Shown here: piece after piece, positions 1 to 9,451 of the stretch | Layout of the letters: every line of letters begins with the position of its first letter | How positions within the stretch are numbered: position 1 is the stretch's first letter | IMG/VR virus record: IMGVR_UViG_3300042691_042003 | Span: 124,001-188,000 of that record | Reading direction: 5' to 3' (one strand) | DNA: 64,000 nucleotides | Notes under the pieces: model-generated | What the model saw: the letters and a program-made list of their open reading frames with translations, nothing else | Database searches by the model: none | What the model was told of the DNA's origin: nothing | Made by a program: the position numbers and the translations under genes

Positions 1-123
1 GAATATTTCGGATATCAAATTCATACCGTAATAGTAGAAAATCGACACGGTTCCAAGAATATACATAATTGTCCTGAAGAAAAAATAAAGATGATGAAAG
101 ACAGATTTAGCATTAATTTATAA
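1..123 (+). CDS. C-terminal fragment of a phage AAA_33-type ATP-binding/kinase protein (gene starts upstream of the window)
   Basis: Frame 1 reads EYFGYQIHTVIVENRHGSKNIHNCPEEKIKMMKDRFSINL*. The IVENRHG..N.H..P....M..RF tail resembles recalled phage AAA_33 proteins. Confidence 0.6.
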   Translation, partial: EYFGYQIHTVIVENRHGSKNIHNCPEEKIKMMKDRFSINL

Positions 124-173
124 AAATGTTAATAACTTTTTCAAAACTATTTTTATTTTTGGAATATATTTAT

Positions 174-181
174 TATATTTG
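174..181 (+). promoter_or_regulatory. Bacteroidota-type -7 promoter element (TAnnTTTG) upstream of the ECF sigma gene
   Basis: TATATTTG at 174-181, 17 nt before ATG 199, exact match to TAnnTTTG. Confidence 0.55.
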
Positions 182-198
182 TATATCTTAAAATTCAT

Positions 199-807
199 AT
201 GGCAAAAAAACAAAAAACAGATTCTCTCAAAGATCTCGGCTATCAGTTTAAGCAAACTCGATCCGAAAAAGTATTTACCGAGCTTTATAATCGAATCAGA
301 CCAGGACTTTATAATTACATTTTCCAAATCGTTAAGAATAATGACGATACCGAAAATCTAATTTCTCACGTAATGTCTACTGTCTATAACAAGATCGATA
401 CATACGACCCTAAATGGCATATTTCAACTTGGATTTATCGAATTGCTTATACATGCGCTTGCATGGAATTACGCTTCCGTAAAGCAAGAAAAATCACTCA
501 TATGTCTCAATTAGAACAATCAGAAAACAAAAATCTGATCTCTAAAATCGAATTCGAATCTCTTGAAACTTATAAAGATGATCTAATTCTTAACGAAGAA
601 ATTCAAGAGAAAGAAAACGATACGAATCGTCTACATTCTATTATCAAAAATCTACCTGAAGAATATCGAATCGTAATTGAAGAAAAATTCTTTAACGATA
701 TGAAATATGATGAAATTGCACAAAAGCTAAACATACCTCTTCATACTGTTAAAAACCGAATCTCTCGAGGAAAAAGAATTATTAAAGAGAAGTACGGGAA
801 TATATAA
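199..807 (+). CDS. ECF-type RNA polymerase sigma factor
   Basis: Region 2-like segment (LYNYIF..VKN.DD.E.L..V..KIDTYDPKWHISTWIYRIA) and region 4 HTH (LPEEYR..I..KFFNDMKYDEIAQKLNIPLHTVKNRISRG); 202 aa. Confidence 0.88.
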   Translation: MAKKQKTDSLKDLGYQFKQTRSEKVFTELYNRIRPGLYNYIFQIVKNNDDTENLISHVMSTVYNKIDTYDPKWHISTWIYRIAYTCACMELRFRKARKITHMSQLEQSENKNLISKIEFESLETYKDDLILNEEIQEKENDTNRLHSIIKNLPEEYRIVIEEKFFNDMKYDEIAQKLNIPLHTVKNRISRGKRIIKEKYGNI

Positions 808-810
808 ATA
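803..810 (+). promoter_or_regulatory. Candidate late promoter TATAAATA
   Basis: Exact T4 late-promoter consensus, 10 nt before ATG 821. The motif is short and AT-rich, so support is weak. Confidence 0.4.
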
Positions 811-820
811 AAAAGGATTC

Positions 821-1117
821 ATGAAAAATACAAAACTTCCTTCTTTCAAAGAATTTAATAAGACTTTTGAAGATGTAAAAGTTGAAGAAGCTATGGGTGT
901 TGCTTCTAAAAAGCTACAAAAGGCAACTGAAGAATTCCATAGTGCTCAATTAGAACTTCAAAAGCTACAAAAACAATTTGTAGGTCTTGCTAAAGATGAT
1001 TCAAAAAGAGAAAGCATGAAACAAAGCATCCTTAATCAGCATAAAATAGTAAAACAAAAGGAAGCAATATTTGCTAAAGCTCTCGGTGATGAAGATATTG
1101 AAGACCTTGAAATCTAA
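821..1117 (+). CDS. Coiled-coil protein with capsid-targeting-like leader
   Basis: N-terminus MKNTKLPSFKEFNKTFE; helical heptad-rich body. Confidence 0.7.
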   Translation: MKNTKLPSFKEFNKTFEDVKVEEAMGVASKKLQKATEEFHSAQLELQKLQKQFVGLAKDDSKRESMKQSILNQHKIVKQKEAIFAKALGDEDIEDLEI

Positions 1118-1121
1118 ATTA

Positions 1122-1604
1122 ATGTGGTTTAATTTTTGGAAATGGCCTAAAGAACTAATTGACGATTATCGTCAATGGTCTGTAGTTAAAGAAGCTTTAC
1201 AAGAAGAAGATACAAAGCAGAAATTCGCAAATTTTAAATATGAAATGCGAATTGATAAAATAGGAAGAATATACACGGTTATTAATGTACCCGATGAACT
1301 TCTTCCTTTCGAATTTCGTAATCAAGTTTGGCCTTGGGTTTTAGATCAATTAAGAGAAATAGATGAACTTCTTCTTTCTTGTAGATTAAATGATTTAGTT
1401 TATCCTGAAGTACAAAAACTTGAAGAATATCCTGCATATTTAGTAGTTCTCACTCCTTCTACCGAATCTTTGGAGTGGGCCAAATTTTTTGGTTGGATTT
1501 TTAATTGTGTATTTACTTCTTCGTTTCTTTTCCTTACAAATAAGATAATTACAAAAACAACAGAAAAGTCTGCTATAGATTTTATTATATCTCTTTTTAA
1601 TTGA
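1122..1604 (+). CDS. Hypothetical membrane-anchored protein
   Basis: ATG 1122 (5 nt after the previous stop) preferred over 1071; hydrophobic C-terminal segment FFGWIFNCVFTSSFLFL. Confidence 0.7.
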   Translation: MWFNFWKWPKELIDDYRQWSVVKEALQEEDTKQKFANFKYEMRIDKIGRIYTVINVPDELLPFEFRNQVWPWVLDQLREIDELLLSCRLNDLVYPEVQKLEEYPAYLVVLTPSTESLEWAKFFGWIFNCVFTSSFLFLTNKIITKTTEKSAIDFIISLFN

Positions 1605-2383
1605 AAACGACAGTTGGAGACCACGGCAAAGGACGTTACTACGTGGTTGATGAAGACAGGAACATTAAGCTCCCTTCCGTAACGACAATACTTACCGAAA
1701 CTTCGGATAAATCAGCATTGGATGCTTGGGTAAAGCGTATAGGACAAGCTGAAGCCGATAAAATATCCACATTTTCTGCAAATCGAGGAACGTTCATGCA
1801 TTCACTTCATGAACATTACCTTTCTGCTAGATTTATTGAAAATCTAGAAAATCCCTTACAAATTTGTTTTAAAAGAGCTATTGAAGAATGCTCTTCTCTT
1901 ACTAAAGAAGAAATGGAAGTAGGGAAAAATCTTTTTCTTAATTTCCATAATAGCTCAGATTTTTATGAAAATGTAAAAGAAATTGCATTTCAAGAAGAAC
2001 CGGTTTGGTCTTTTTTAGGAGGAGGATATGCAGGAAGGTTAGATCTAATGATAAAGAATAAATCAGATGAATTTGTTCTTATAGATTTTAAGACTAGTAG
2101 AAAACCTAAAAAAGAAGATTGGATCGAAGGTTATAAAAAGCAAGTTTCTGCTTATTCTGTAGCTTCTAATGAAGTAAAAGGAATTTTTCCAATAAGATGC
2201 GAAATTTGGATTTCTTGTGAAACTGGAGAAGTACAAAAATTCTCAATAGAACGAGAGGATATAAAAAAATGGTTCTCAAAATTTTATGAAAATGTTCTAA
2301 CATATCATAAAACATTTCCTCAATATAATCATATAATGAATAATGATACCGAAGATAATACATCAAATCTGGGTAGGTCCTAA
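1601..2383 (+). CDS. PD-(D/E)XK exonuclease (Cas4/RecB-like phage nuclease)
   Basis: LPSVTTIL, RGTFMH, YAGRLD, IDFKTS and QVSAY motifs; TTG start. Confidence 0.85.
   Translation: MKTTVGDHGKGRYYVVDEDRNIKLPSVTTILTETSDKSALDAWVKRIGQAEADKISTFSANRGTFMHSLHEHYLSARFIENLENPLQICFKRAIEECSSLTKEEMEVGKNLFLNFHNSSDFYENVKEIAFQEEPVWSFLGGGYAGRLDLMIKNKSDEFVLIDFKTSRKPKKEDWIEGYKKQVSAYSVASNEVKGIFPIRCEIWISCETGEVQKFSIEREDIKKWFSKFYENVLTYHKTFPQYNHIMNNDTEDNTSNLGRS
2309..2337 (+). promoter_or_regulatory. Candidate class II promoter AAAAC-N16-CATATAAT
   Basis: Same bipartite motif and spacing as at 16398, 21176, 29839, 54237 and 56496; ends 5 nt before ATG 2343. Confidence 0.5.
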
Positions 2384-2990
2384 AAAGAAACCTGTAAAAT
2401 ATATGCAAACCTGGAAGGATATGAATCCAGAATGGGAACATATTATTTGGGACGATGAAATGATATCTGAAAAATATCCTAAAGGTTTTCGTAATCAATC
2501 TAAAATTGACGAAATCGAAGAATGGGCAGGAAAAGCAGATATTATGCGTTATGAAATTCTTAATGATTTTGGAGGGATTTATATTGATGCAGATTCAATT
2601 TGTACTAATTCTTTAGACGATCATTTTTTAAAGCATGATTCTTTTGCTTGTTTTGAAAACGAACAATGTCGAGGTAATCTTATAGCTAATGGTTATATAG
2701 GTGCTGTAAAAGGATGTAATTTAATGAAAATACTTATTGAAAAAATAAGTAAAATGAAATCTGTTTCATTTCAAAAAACCGGTAAAATGGCATGGCAATG
2801 TGTAGGACCTCTTCTTTTTACCGAAACTATTTTTGAAAGTAATTATCCTATTTCTGTTTATCCTTCTTTTGTTTTTATTCCTGAACATTATTCTGGTATT
2901 GTTTATCAAGGAAATGGTAAGTCATATTCAAAACAATTCTGGGGATCTACACATGAATTTAAAGATCCTGAATATTATAACAATTTATGA
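2343..2990 (+). CDS. Glycosyltransferase, GT32/Gly_transf_sug DxD family
   Basis: IPKIIHQIW N-terminus, KADIMRYEILNDFGGIYIDAD. Confidence 0.88.
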   Translation: MIPKIIHQIWVGPKKKPVKYMQTWKDMNPEWEHIIWDDEMISEKYPKGFRNQSKIDEIEEWAGKADIMRYEILNDFGGIYIDADSICTNSLDDHFLKHDSFACFENEQCRGNLIANGYIGAVKGCNLMKILIEKISKMKSVSFQKTGKMAWQCVGPLLFTETIFESNYPISVYPSFVFIPEHYSGIVYQGNGKSYSKQFWGSTHEFKDPEYYNNL

Positions 2991-3751
2991 ATAATAAAAT
3001 AACTGTCGTACTTAACGGATTCGGAAGGCCTCAACATTTTGATAGACAGCTAGATGCTGTAATGAATCAAACGGTAAAACCTACTGCGGTTATGTTATGG
3101 CAAAATGGAAATCAACATCAATTTCCCCCTTCTTCTGACAATCTAACTAAAGCCGTTTGTAATGATAATTTAGGTGTTTGGGCTAGATTTGCTTTTGCTC
3201 TTAATGCTAGGACTGAATGGATTTGTGTTTTTGATGATGATACAATTCCGGGTAATAGATGGTTTGAAAATTGCCTAGAAACTATGAAAACTCATGAAGG
3301 ACTTATGGGTACTGTAGGTATTCGACTTCATGGTGATTTAGGTATGTATCCGCTAAGACGTTATGGTTGGGCTGATATCAATAATAATAAACCTATCGAG
3401 GTAGATTATGTAGGGCATTCTTGGTTCTTTCATAGAGATTGGCTTTCTTTCTTTTGGAGAGAAATGCCACCTAAAGAACATAATATGTTAGTAGGTGAAG
3501 ATATTCATTTTTCACTTATGCTTAGAAAATGGGCAAATATAAATACTTTCGTTCCTCCACACCCTTCTAATGATAGATCTTTATGGGGATCTCAACCTGA
3601 AACAGCTCTTTCTATTGGAACCGATCAAGCTGCTCTTTCTATGAATCCTGGAAATCTGCAAAGAATGTCAGGATATGTAGAATTTGCAAAAACTATGGGA
3701 CTTCTTCCTATAAGAAAAAGGCCTGATTTTATTGAAGATGAAAATTTCTAA
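2987..3751 (+). CDS. GT-A fold glycosyltransferase (GT2-like)
   Basis: WICVFDDDTIPG DxD motif and GEDIHFS motif. Confidence 0.75.
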   Translation: MNNKITVVLNGFGRPQHFDRQLDAVMNQTVKPTAVMLWQNGNQHQFPPSSDNLTKAVCNDNLGVWARFAFALNARTEWICVFDDDTIPGNRWFENCLETMKTHEGLMGTVGIRLHGDLGMYPLRRYGWADINNNKPIEVDYVGHSWFFHRDWLSFFWREMPPKEHNMLVGEDIHFSLMLRKWANINTFVPPHPSNDRSLWGSQPETALSIGTDQAALSMNPGNLQRMSGYVEFAKTMGLLPIRKRPDFIEDENF

Positions 3752-3753
3752 AA

Positions 3754-4941
3754 ATGGAAAAAATTAATATAAAATTTTTAAATCATTCTTCTTTCTATCT
3801 TGAAAGTGAAGAATATATTGTATTAGTAGATCCTTGGTATTCAGGGAAAATATTCAATAATAGTTGGTCTTTATTAAAAGATACAGAAGATTCTATTATA
3901 GATTATTCTAAGGTTAAATATATTTCGATTTCACATGAGCATCCAGACCATTTGCATTGGCCTACATTAAAAAAGATAAAAGAAAAAACAAAAGAAGTAA
4001 CAATACTTCTTCCTAAAAGAAATAATCCGAACGTTTTAGAAGAATGTATTAAATTAGGATATAAATTTAAGTATTTAGATTATTTTGTAGAAAATAAAAT
4101 AGAAGAAAATTTATCGATATATCCATATCCTCACGGACATGACAGTGCTCTTATTTATGAAATAGAAGATAAAATTATTCTAAATCAAAACGATGCTTAT
4201 TTAGAAGATAACGTAATTTCTACTATTAATGAAAAATTTAAAAAAATAGATCTGTGGTTATTTCAATTTAGTTTAGCAGGATATTACGGAAATCGTACAG
4301 ATCCTAATACTATAATAGAAAATGGAACTAAATTTCATATAGATAAATTTATAAAATATCAAAATGATTTTAAACCTATAATGAGTGTTCCTTTTGCAAG
4401 CTATGTATATTTTTGCAAAGAATATAATAATTATATTAATGATTATGCAGTTAAATTAGAAGATATTCTAGAAAAAACTAATTACATAACTCAAATTCCA
4501 TTTTATAATGAAAATATAGATTTTCATTCAAATACTATGAATAAAAATAATTTAGAAAAATGGAATGAAATATACGAAAATTGCAAAAAAGAAATTAAAA
4601 AAGCAGAACCTTTCCCTGGAGAAGAAATTATAATAGAAGGATTTAAAAAAATATACGATGAAGGATATAGAATTCTTCAAGTAGGTGGCCTTATTTTAGA
4701 ATTTTTTGATTATGATAAGAATCTAGTTATAGATACTTCTAATAATAAGTATTATTTTATTAAAAAAGAAGAAACTCCTAAAGATTGGATAGCCGGAATA
4801 CTTCCAAGTGAAGAACTTTTAGCTTATATTAAGACTCCATGGGGTGCTGATACCTTAAACATAACTGGTACATTTAATAAAATAAACAATGATCTTTGGT
4901 ATATTTTTATGATGTCCAAAGAATTATTATATCAAAGATAA
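3754..4941 (+). CDS. Metallo-beta-lactamase-fold hydrolase (UlaG/CMP-NeuAc hydroxylase-like)
   Basis: NHSSF, VDPWYSG, SHEHPDHL (HxHxDH), HDSAL. Confidence 0.8.
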   Translation: MEKINIKFLNHSSFYLESEEYIVLVDPWYSGKIFNNSWSLLKDTEDSIIDYSKVKYISISHEHPDHLHWPTLKKIKEKTKEVTILLPKRNNPNVLEECIKLGYKFKYLDYFVENKIEENLSIYPYPHGHDSALIYEIEDKIILNQNDAYLEDNVISTINEKFKKIDLWLFQFSLAGYYGNRTDPNTIIENGTKFHIDKFIKYQNDFKPIMSVPFASYVYFCKEYNNYINDYAVKLEDILEKTNYITQIPFYNENIDFHSNTMNKNNLEKWNEIYENCKKEIKKAEPFPGEEIIIEGFKKIYDEGYRILQVGGLILEFFDYDKNLVIDTSNNKYYFIKKEETPKDWIAGILPSEELLAYIKTPWGADTLNITGTFNKINNDLWYIFMMSKELLYQR

Positions 4942-4952
4942 TATTTATTATA

Positions 4953-5681
4953 ATGAGAGAAAGAGACTTTAAAAAAGAGCTAGATTTCTTTTTAGAAAAA
5001 ATAAAAAGAAAAGAACCTTTTGCTTTTGCAAGGTATTCAGATGGAGAATACATGATTATGAATTCTTTAAACATAGATAAAGGCACTCAAGCTTTAGATG
5101 TTGATAAATGGTCATTTAATCTTCAAAATCAAATATTTTCAAAAGACCTTATTAAAACTTTATTTCATACTGAAATAAATTATTTTTATGCTATAGCTTG
5201 TCCTTGTTGTGGATTAGGTGTAGGACTAGCTGAATTTTATAAAAGAAATTTAAAATGCACAGAAGAAGAAATGACTTGGTCTAATCTTTGGATTAATTCT
5301 AATTACGAATCATTTATAAATTTCATAAAAAAATTAGATAGAAAAGTAAATCTATTGGTTAATTATGAAGGAGAAGATAAGGAATATCCATTTGAAGTCG
5401 ATAAATTTTTCAGCATTCCCGATGATTGTGTTAATTGGTATGAAAAAAATAGAGAATGGATTTTACAAAAAATGAAAGAAATTTCTAAAGAAGATGATCA
5501 GATATTTTTTGTTTCTGCCGGTCCTCTTTCTGAAATTTTAATTCATGAAATGTATTTAAATAATCCTAATAATCAATATATAGATACCGGTTCTTCTTTA
5601 GATATATTTGTTAAAGGACGAATAACAAGACCTTATCAAGGAGAAGGATCTAATTTTAAAAATCAAAAATGTTTATGGTAA
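4953..5681 (+). CDS. GT-D fold (DUF1792-like) glycosyltransferase candidate
   Basis: FARYSDGE resembles the GT-D R(F/Y)GDGE motif; SAGP and IDTGS motifs; ATG 4953 preferred over 4896. Confidence 0.6.
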   Translation: MRERDFKKELDFFLEKIKRKEPFAFARYSDGEYMIMNSLNIDKGTQALDVDKWSFNLQNQIFSKDLIKTLFHTEINYFYAIACPCCGLGVGLAEFYKRNLKCTEEEMTWSNLWINSNYESFINFIKKLDRKVNLLVNYEGEDKEYPFEVDKFFSIPDDCVNWYEKNREWILQKMKEISKEDDQIFFVSAGPLSEILIHEMYLNNPNNQYIDTGSSLDIFVKGRITRPYQGEGSNFKNQKCLW

Positions 5682-6385
5682 AAAATTTATCTCTTCTAGT
5701 ATATACTAATTCAAAATGTAAAGATTTACATGAAGGATATTTTAGTAGAATAAAAAAATTCTTTCCTTCATTAAAAAATATTTTTGCAACATCGGATGAA
5801 CCTATTGAAGGAATTAATTTCATAGAATATAATAACGATTCTTTCCATTATGAACAAATGATTAACGCATTAGATTTAATTCCTACTGATTATGTATTAT
5901 ACAATCAAGAGGATTATATTCTATTTGATTATGTACTCGAAGATAAAATAAAAAAATATTTAGAAATTCTAGAAAACGATAAAAATATTTCTTTTATACG
6001 ATTAATATATTCAGGTGTAAACGATTTTGAAATAAAACCTTATAAAGATGATCTTTTTTATTTAAATCCTAATTCTTTTTATTTCTACTCTACACAAGCA
6101 ACAATATGGAGAAAAGAAGACTTAAAACAAATGTTTTTATATTCGAAAGTAAAACAAATTTTTGACGAACCTGAAAATTCTTTTTACTTAAAATCTTTAA
6201 ATAAAAAAGGATTATGTTCGATTGAAAAAGGAAAAAAAGTAGGAGGGCATTATAATTCCTTAGTTTATCCTTATATTGCTACAGCTTTAGTTAAAGGTGA
6301 ATGGAATTATTCCGAATATCAAGAAGAGCTAGATGATTTTTTTAATGAATTTAAAATAAAAAAAGAATTAAGAGGAGAAAGATAA
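5669..6385 (+). CDS. GT-A-like hypothetical protein
   Basis: DYVLYNQEDY acidic motif, STQATIWRKEDL; lies within the glycan cluster. Confidence 0.55.
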   Translation: MFMVKNLSLLVYTNSKCKDLHEGYFSRIKKFFPSLKNIFATSDEPIEGINFIEYNNDSFHYEQMINALDLIPTDYVLYNQEDYILFDYVLEDKIKKYLEILENDKNISFIRLIYSGVNDFEIKPYKDDLFYLNPNSFYFYSTQATIWRKEDLKQMFLYSKVKQIFDEPENSFYLKSLNKKGLCSIEKGKKVGGHYNSLVYPYIATALVKGEWNYSEYQEELDDFFNEFKIKKELRGER

Positions 6386-6389
6386 AATT

Positions 6390-7154
6390 ATGGAATATAT
6401 ACAAGGTCAAAAATTTAAAGAATTAAACGATAATCATAAAATCTATTATTGCGATACACATAACGTTAATTCCTTTTTTAATAATATTAATTTTTCCCAT
6501 GAATTTATTTTAGTATCACATAATAGTGATGGTAGTATAACCGATAACCCAACTACCGAATATGATGCAGATATTAGGAAAATACCTAAAAATTTAAAAA
6601 AATGGTTCGGACAAAATTTAAAATGTAAATCAGATATTATAGAATCTATACCTATAGGATTAGAAAATTCTATGTGGTTTCCGGAAGAAAGAAAGATAGA
6701 AAAATTATTTAATAAAAAAAGTACAGAAAAAAATCTTAAAAATTTAGTTTATTTAAATCTAAATATAGATAACAATCCTTTAATCCGAGGACCTATTTAT
6801 AATATGTTACAAAATAAAAATTATGTTACAGTTCAATACGGTAGGAATGGATTAAATTATGATAATTATTTAGATAATTTATATAATCATTGCTTTATGA
6901 TTTGTCCTGAAGGTAATGGAATAGATGTTCATCAGCCGTGGGAATCTTTATATATAGGAACAATACCGATACAAAAAAAGAATATAAATAACGAAAATTG
7001 GAGAGAACTCCCTATTTGTTGGCTTGACGAATGGGAACAATTAAATGATGAAAATTTCCTATTATTAGAATATAAAAGAATATCCGAAAAAAAATTCGAT
7101 TTATCTAAATTGGATTTTAATTTTTGGAAGAATAAGATAAAAAATTCTATATGA
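6390..7154 (+). CDS. Exostosin/GT47-like glycosyltransferase
   Basis: ICPEGNGIDVHQPWESLYIGTIPI resembles the exostosin-family C-terminal motif. Confidence 0.65.
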   Translation: MEYIQGQKFKELNDNHKIYYCDTHNVNSFFNNINFSHEFILVSHNSDGSITDNPTTEYDADIRKIPKNLKKWFGQNLKCKSDIIESIPIGLENSMWFPEERKIEKLFNKKSTEKNLKNLVYLNLNIDNNPLIRGPIYNMLQNKNYVTVQYGRNGLNYDNYLDNLYNHCFMICPEGNGIDVHQPWESLYIGTIPIQKKNINNENWRELPICWLDEWEQLNDENFLLLEYKRISEKKFDLSKLDFNFWKNKIKNSI

Positions 7155-8200
7155 AGATAATTGTTATTGGAGCAGGTATTTTTGGAATTACAGTAGCATT
7201 AACATTATCAGAAAATAATTATGATGTTACCTTAGTAGAAAGAGAAGATGATATAATGAATAAAGCCAGTAAATGTAATCATAATAGACTTCATTTCGGA
7301 TTTCATTATCCAAGAAGTGAAAAAACTGCTAAGCAAAGTTTAGAAGGATATGATTTATTTTATAAAAATTTTTCAGATTCGATCGTAAAAAATTTTCCAA
7401 ATTATTATTTAATAGAAAAAAATAGCAAAATTAATAAAGATAATTTTAAAATATTTTGTGATAAATTAAATTTATCTTATCGAGAATTATTTCCTAAAAA
7501 TATTGAAATTAATAAAAATAATATTACATTTTGTGCAATAACAAAAGAGCCAATATTTGATTTTAATTCTATAAAAAATGATCTATATAATAGACTAAAA
7601 AAATCAAAAATCAATTTAATTTTAAATAAAAAAATAGAATCGAAATCAGATTTAAATGATTTCGATGTTGTAATTAATACAACATACAGTAATATTAATT
7701 GTATTAATAATCTTTTTAATATTCCTGAAATAAAATTAAAATTACAAGATGTTATAATTCCTATATTTAGAATGAATTCTGAAAAAATAGGATTAACTAT
7801 TATGGACGGTGATTATTGTTCAATAATGCCAAAAGGTTTTGAAGAAAATACTTTTTTATTATATCATGTAAAATATTCAGTCTTAAAAGAAAGTAAAGGA
7901 TATTTAGAAGACGAAAATTTAATAAATAATAATCCAGATTATATTAAGGATAAAATCGATAAAATTTATAAAAATTCAGAGAAATATTATCCTTTTTTAA
8001 AAAATTGTGAAAAAATTTCTTATTGGAGAACTACAAGAGCTTTACCTATAAATAATGATGATGAAAGATTAAGTACATTAACAATAAATAATATAGAAAA
8101 TAAAAAAATAATATCTCTTTTATCCGGTAAAATAACTACATGTTGGTTAATATCTAAAAAAATACTAAATATATTAAATGAAAACGATATTAATAGGTAA
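7151..8200 (+). CDS. FAD-dependent oxidoreductase
   Basis: IIVIGAGIFG dinucleotide-binding loop, ASKCNHNRLHFGFHYPR, C-terminal SGKITT. Confidence 0.85.
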   Translation: MKIIVIGAGIFGITVALTLSENNYDVTLVEREDDIMNKASKCNHNRLHFGFHYPRSEKTAKQSLEGYDLFYKNFSDSIVKNFPNYYLIEKNSKINKDNFKIFCDKLNLSYRELFPKNIEINKNNITFCAITKEPIFDFNSIKNDLYNRLKKSKINLILNKKIESKSDLNDFDVVINTTYSNINCINNLFNIPEIKLKLQDVIIPIFRMNSEKIGLTIMDGDYCSIMPKGFEENTFLLYHVKYSVLKESKGYLEDENLINNNPDYIKDKIDKIYKNSEKYYPFLKNCEKISYWRTTRALPINNDDERLSTLTINNIENKKIISLLSGKITTCWLISKKILNILNENDINR

Positions 8201-8942
8201 CGGTTATTGGGGATCTATAGTAAAAGAAAAATTAGAAAAACAAACCGATTTAATAGGGGTTTTAAATTCTAAAGATAATATTGATTCTTTTTTAAAAAAA
8301 GAAGTAGATTATATTTTTGTTTGTACTCCTACAAAAACCCATTACGAAATTGTTAAGAAATGTATAGAAAATCATAAAAATGTTTTTTGTGAAAAACCTT
8401 TTACGGGTAATTTCTTTAAAGCTAAAGAATTATATAAAATTTCAGAAAAAAATAATACAAAATTATTCGTCGATAATATTTTTTTATATCGCAATGAGTT
8501 AATTAATATTGAAAGTAATAATTTTAAAAAAATTAAATTTTTATGGAATAAATTTGAAAATCTATATAAAGAAGATCTGTTTACAACATTATTGTATCAT
8601 GATCTCTATTTATTATTAAATATAGCAAAAAATACATGGGACGTAGATTATTTAGAAATATTTGAAGATAAATTAAATTTAAAATTAAAAAATAAAAATT
8701 TAAAAGCAGAATTTATTTATGATAGAAATTATATAGGGAAAAAAGAAAAAAAGATATTTATAGACGATAAATTAATAGATTTTTCTAATCCTTCTAACGA
8801 CCCTTTATCAGAAATAATAGATAATTTAATAAAAAATAATATTAATTTTAATGAAAATAAAAAAATAACTTTGAAAACAATAAAATTATTAAATAAAATA
8901 CAAAATGAATCCATTTTACACACACCAAGAAGTATTAAATAA
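8178..8942 (+). CDS. Gfo/Idh/MocA-family NAD-dependent oxidoreductase
   Basis: LIGNGYWG, TPTKTH, VFCEKP. Confidence 0.85.
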   Translation: MKTILIGNGYWGSIVKEKLEKQTDLIGVLNSKDNIDSFLKKEVDYIFVCTPTKTHYEIVKKCIENHKNVFCEKPFTGNFFKAKELYKISEKNNTKLFVDNIFLYRNELINIESNNFKKIKFLWNKFENLYKEDLFTTLLYHDLYLLLNIAKNTWDVDYLEIFEDKLNLKLKNKNLKAEFIYDRNYIGKKEKKIFIDDKLIDFSNPSNDPLSEIIDNLIKNNINFNENKKITLKTIKLLNKIQNESILHTPRSIK

Positions 8943-9447
8943 AATTTTAGAATCTTTTGATTATTCAAAATCCGTACATTGTCTAGAATTCGGATCAGGA
9001 GAAGGTAGCTCATCAATTTTTTATAAATTTGCAAAATCTTATTCTAATTTATCTGTCGATTGTTTTGAACATGAAGAAGATTGGATGGATAACATGTCAA
9101 AAAAATATAAATTAGAAAATTATAATTTTAATCTTGTTAATTGGTCTAATATTAATTACGATGAATTAAAAATAAAAAAATATGATTTAATTTTTGTAGA
9201 TCAAGGTAATTGGAATGCTAGAATAGAAACAATAGATAAATTAATGAATTATTCTAAATACATTATACTACATGATTACTGTTATTATAATGGTTTTACA
9301 CCTGAAATAGGATATAATCCTGATAGTAATTACAATAATTTTGGAAAAGGGTCCTTTTTCGAAAAATATAATGAAGAATTTAGTATTAGTAGTTTTACCG
9401 ATCTTTATCCCCCTACATTAATTTTTAAATCGAAAAAATTATTTTAA
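8905..9447 (+). CDS. Class I SAM-dependent methyltransferase-like protein
   Basis: CLEFGSGEGS motif I, YDLIFVD, IILHD. Confidence 0.7.
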   Translation: MNPFYTHQEVLNKILESFDYSKSVHCLEFGSGEGSSSIFYKFAKSYSNLSVDCFEHEEDWMDNMSKKYKLENYNFNLVNWSNINYDELKIKKYDLIFVDQGNWNARIETIDKLMNYSKYIILHDYCYYNGFTPEIGYNPDSNYNNFGKGSFFEKYNEEFSISSFTDLYPPTLIFKSKKLF

Positions 9448-9451
9448 AATT

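Noticed and set aside
1601-2383. Cas4 / CRISPR locus
   Set aside because: No repeat-spacer array or other cas genes; the four-Cys Fe-S pattern of Cas4 is not evident; stand-alone nucleases like this are common in phages.
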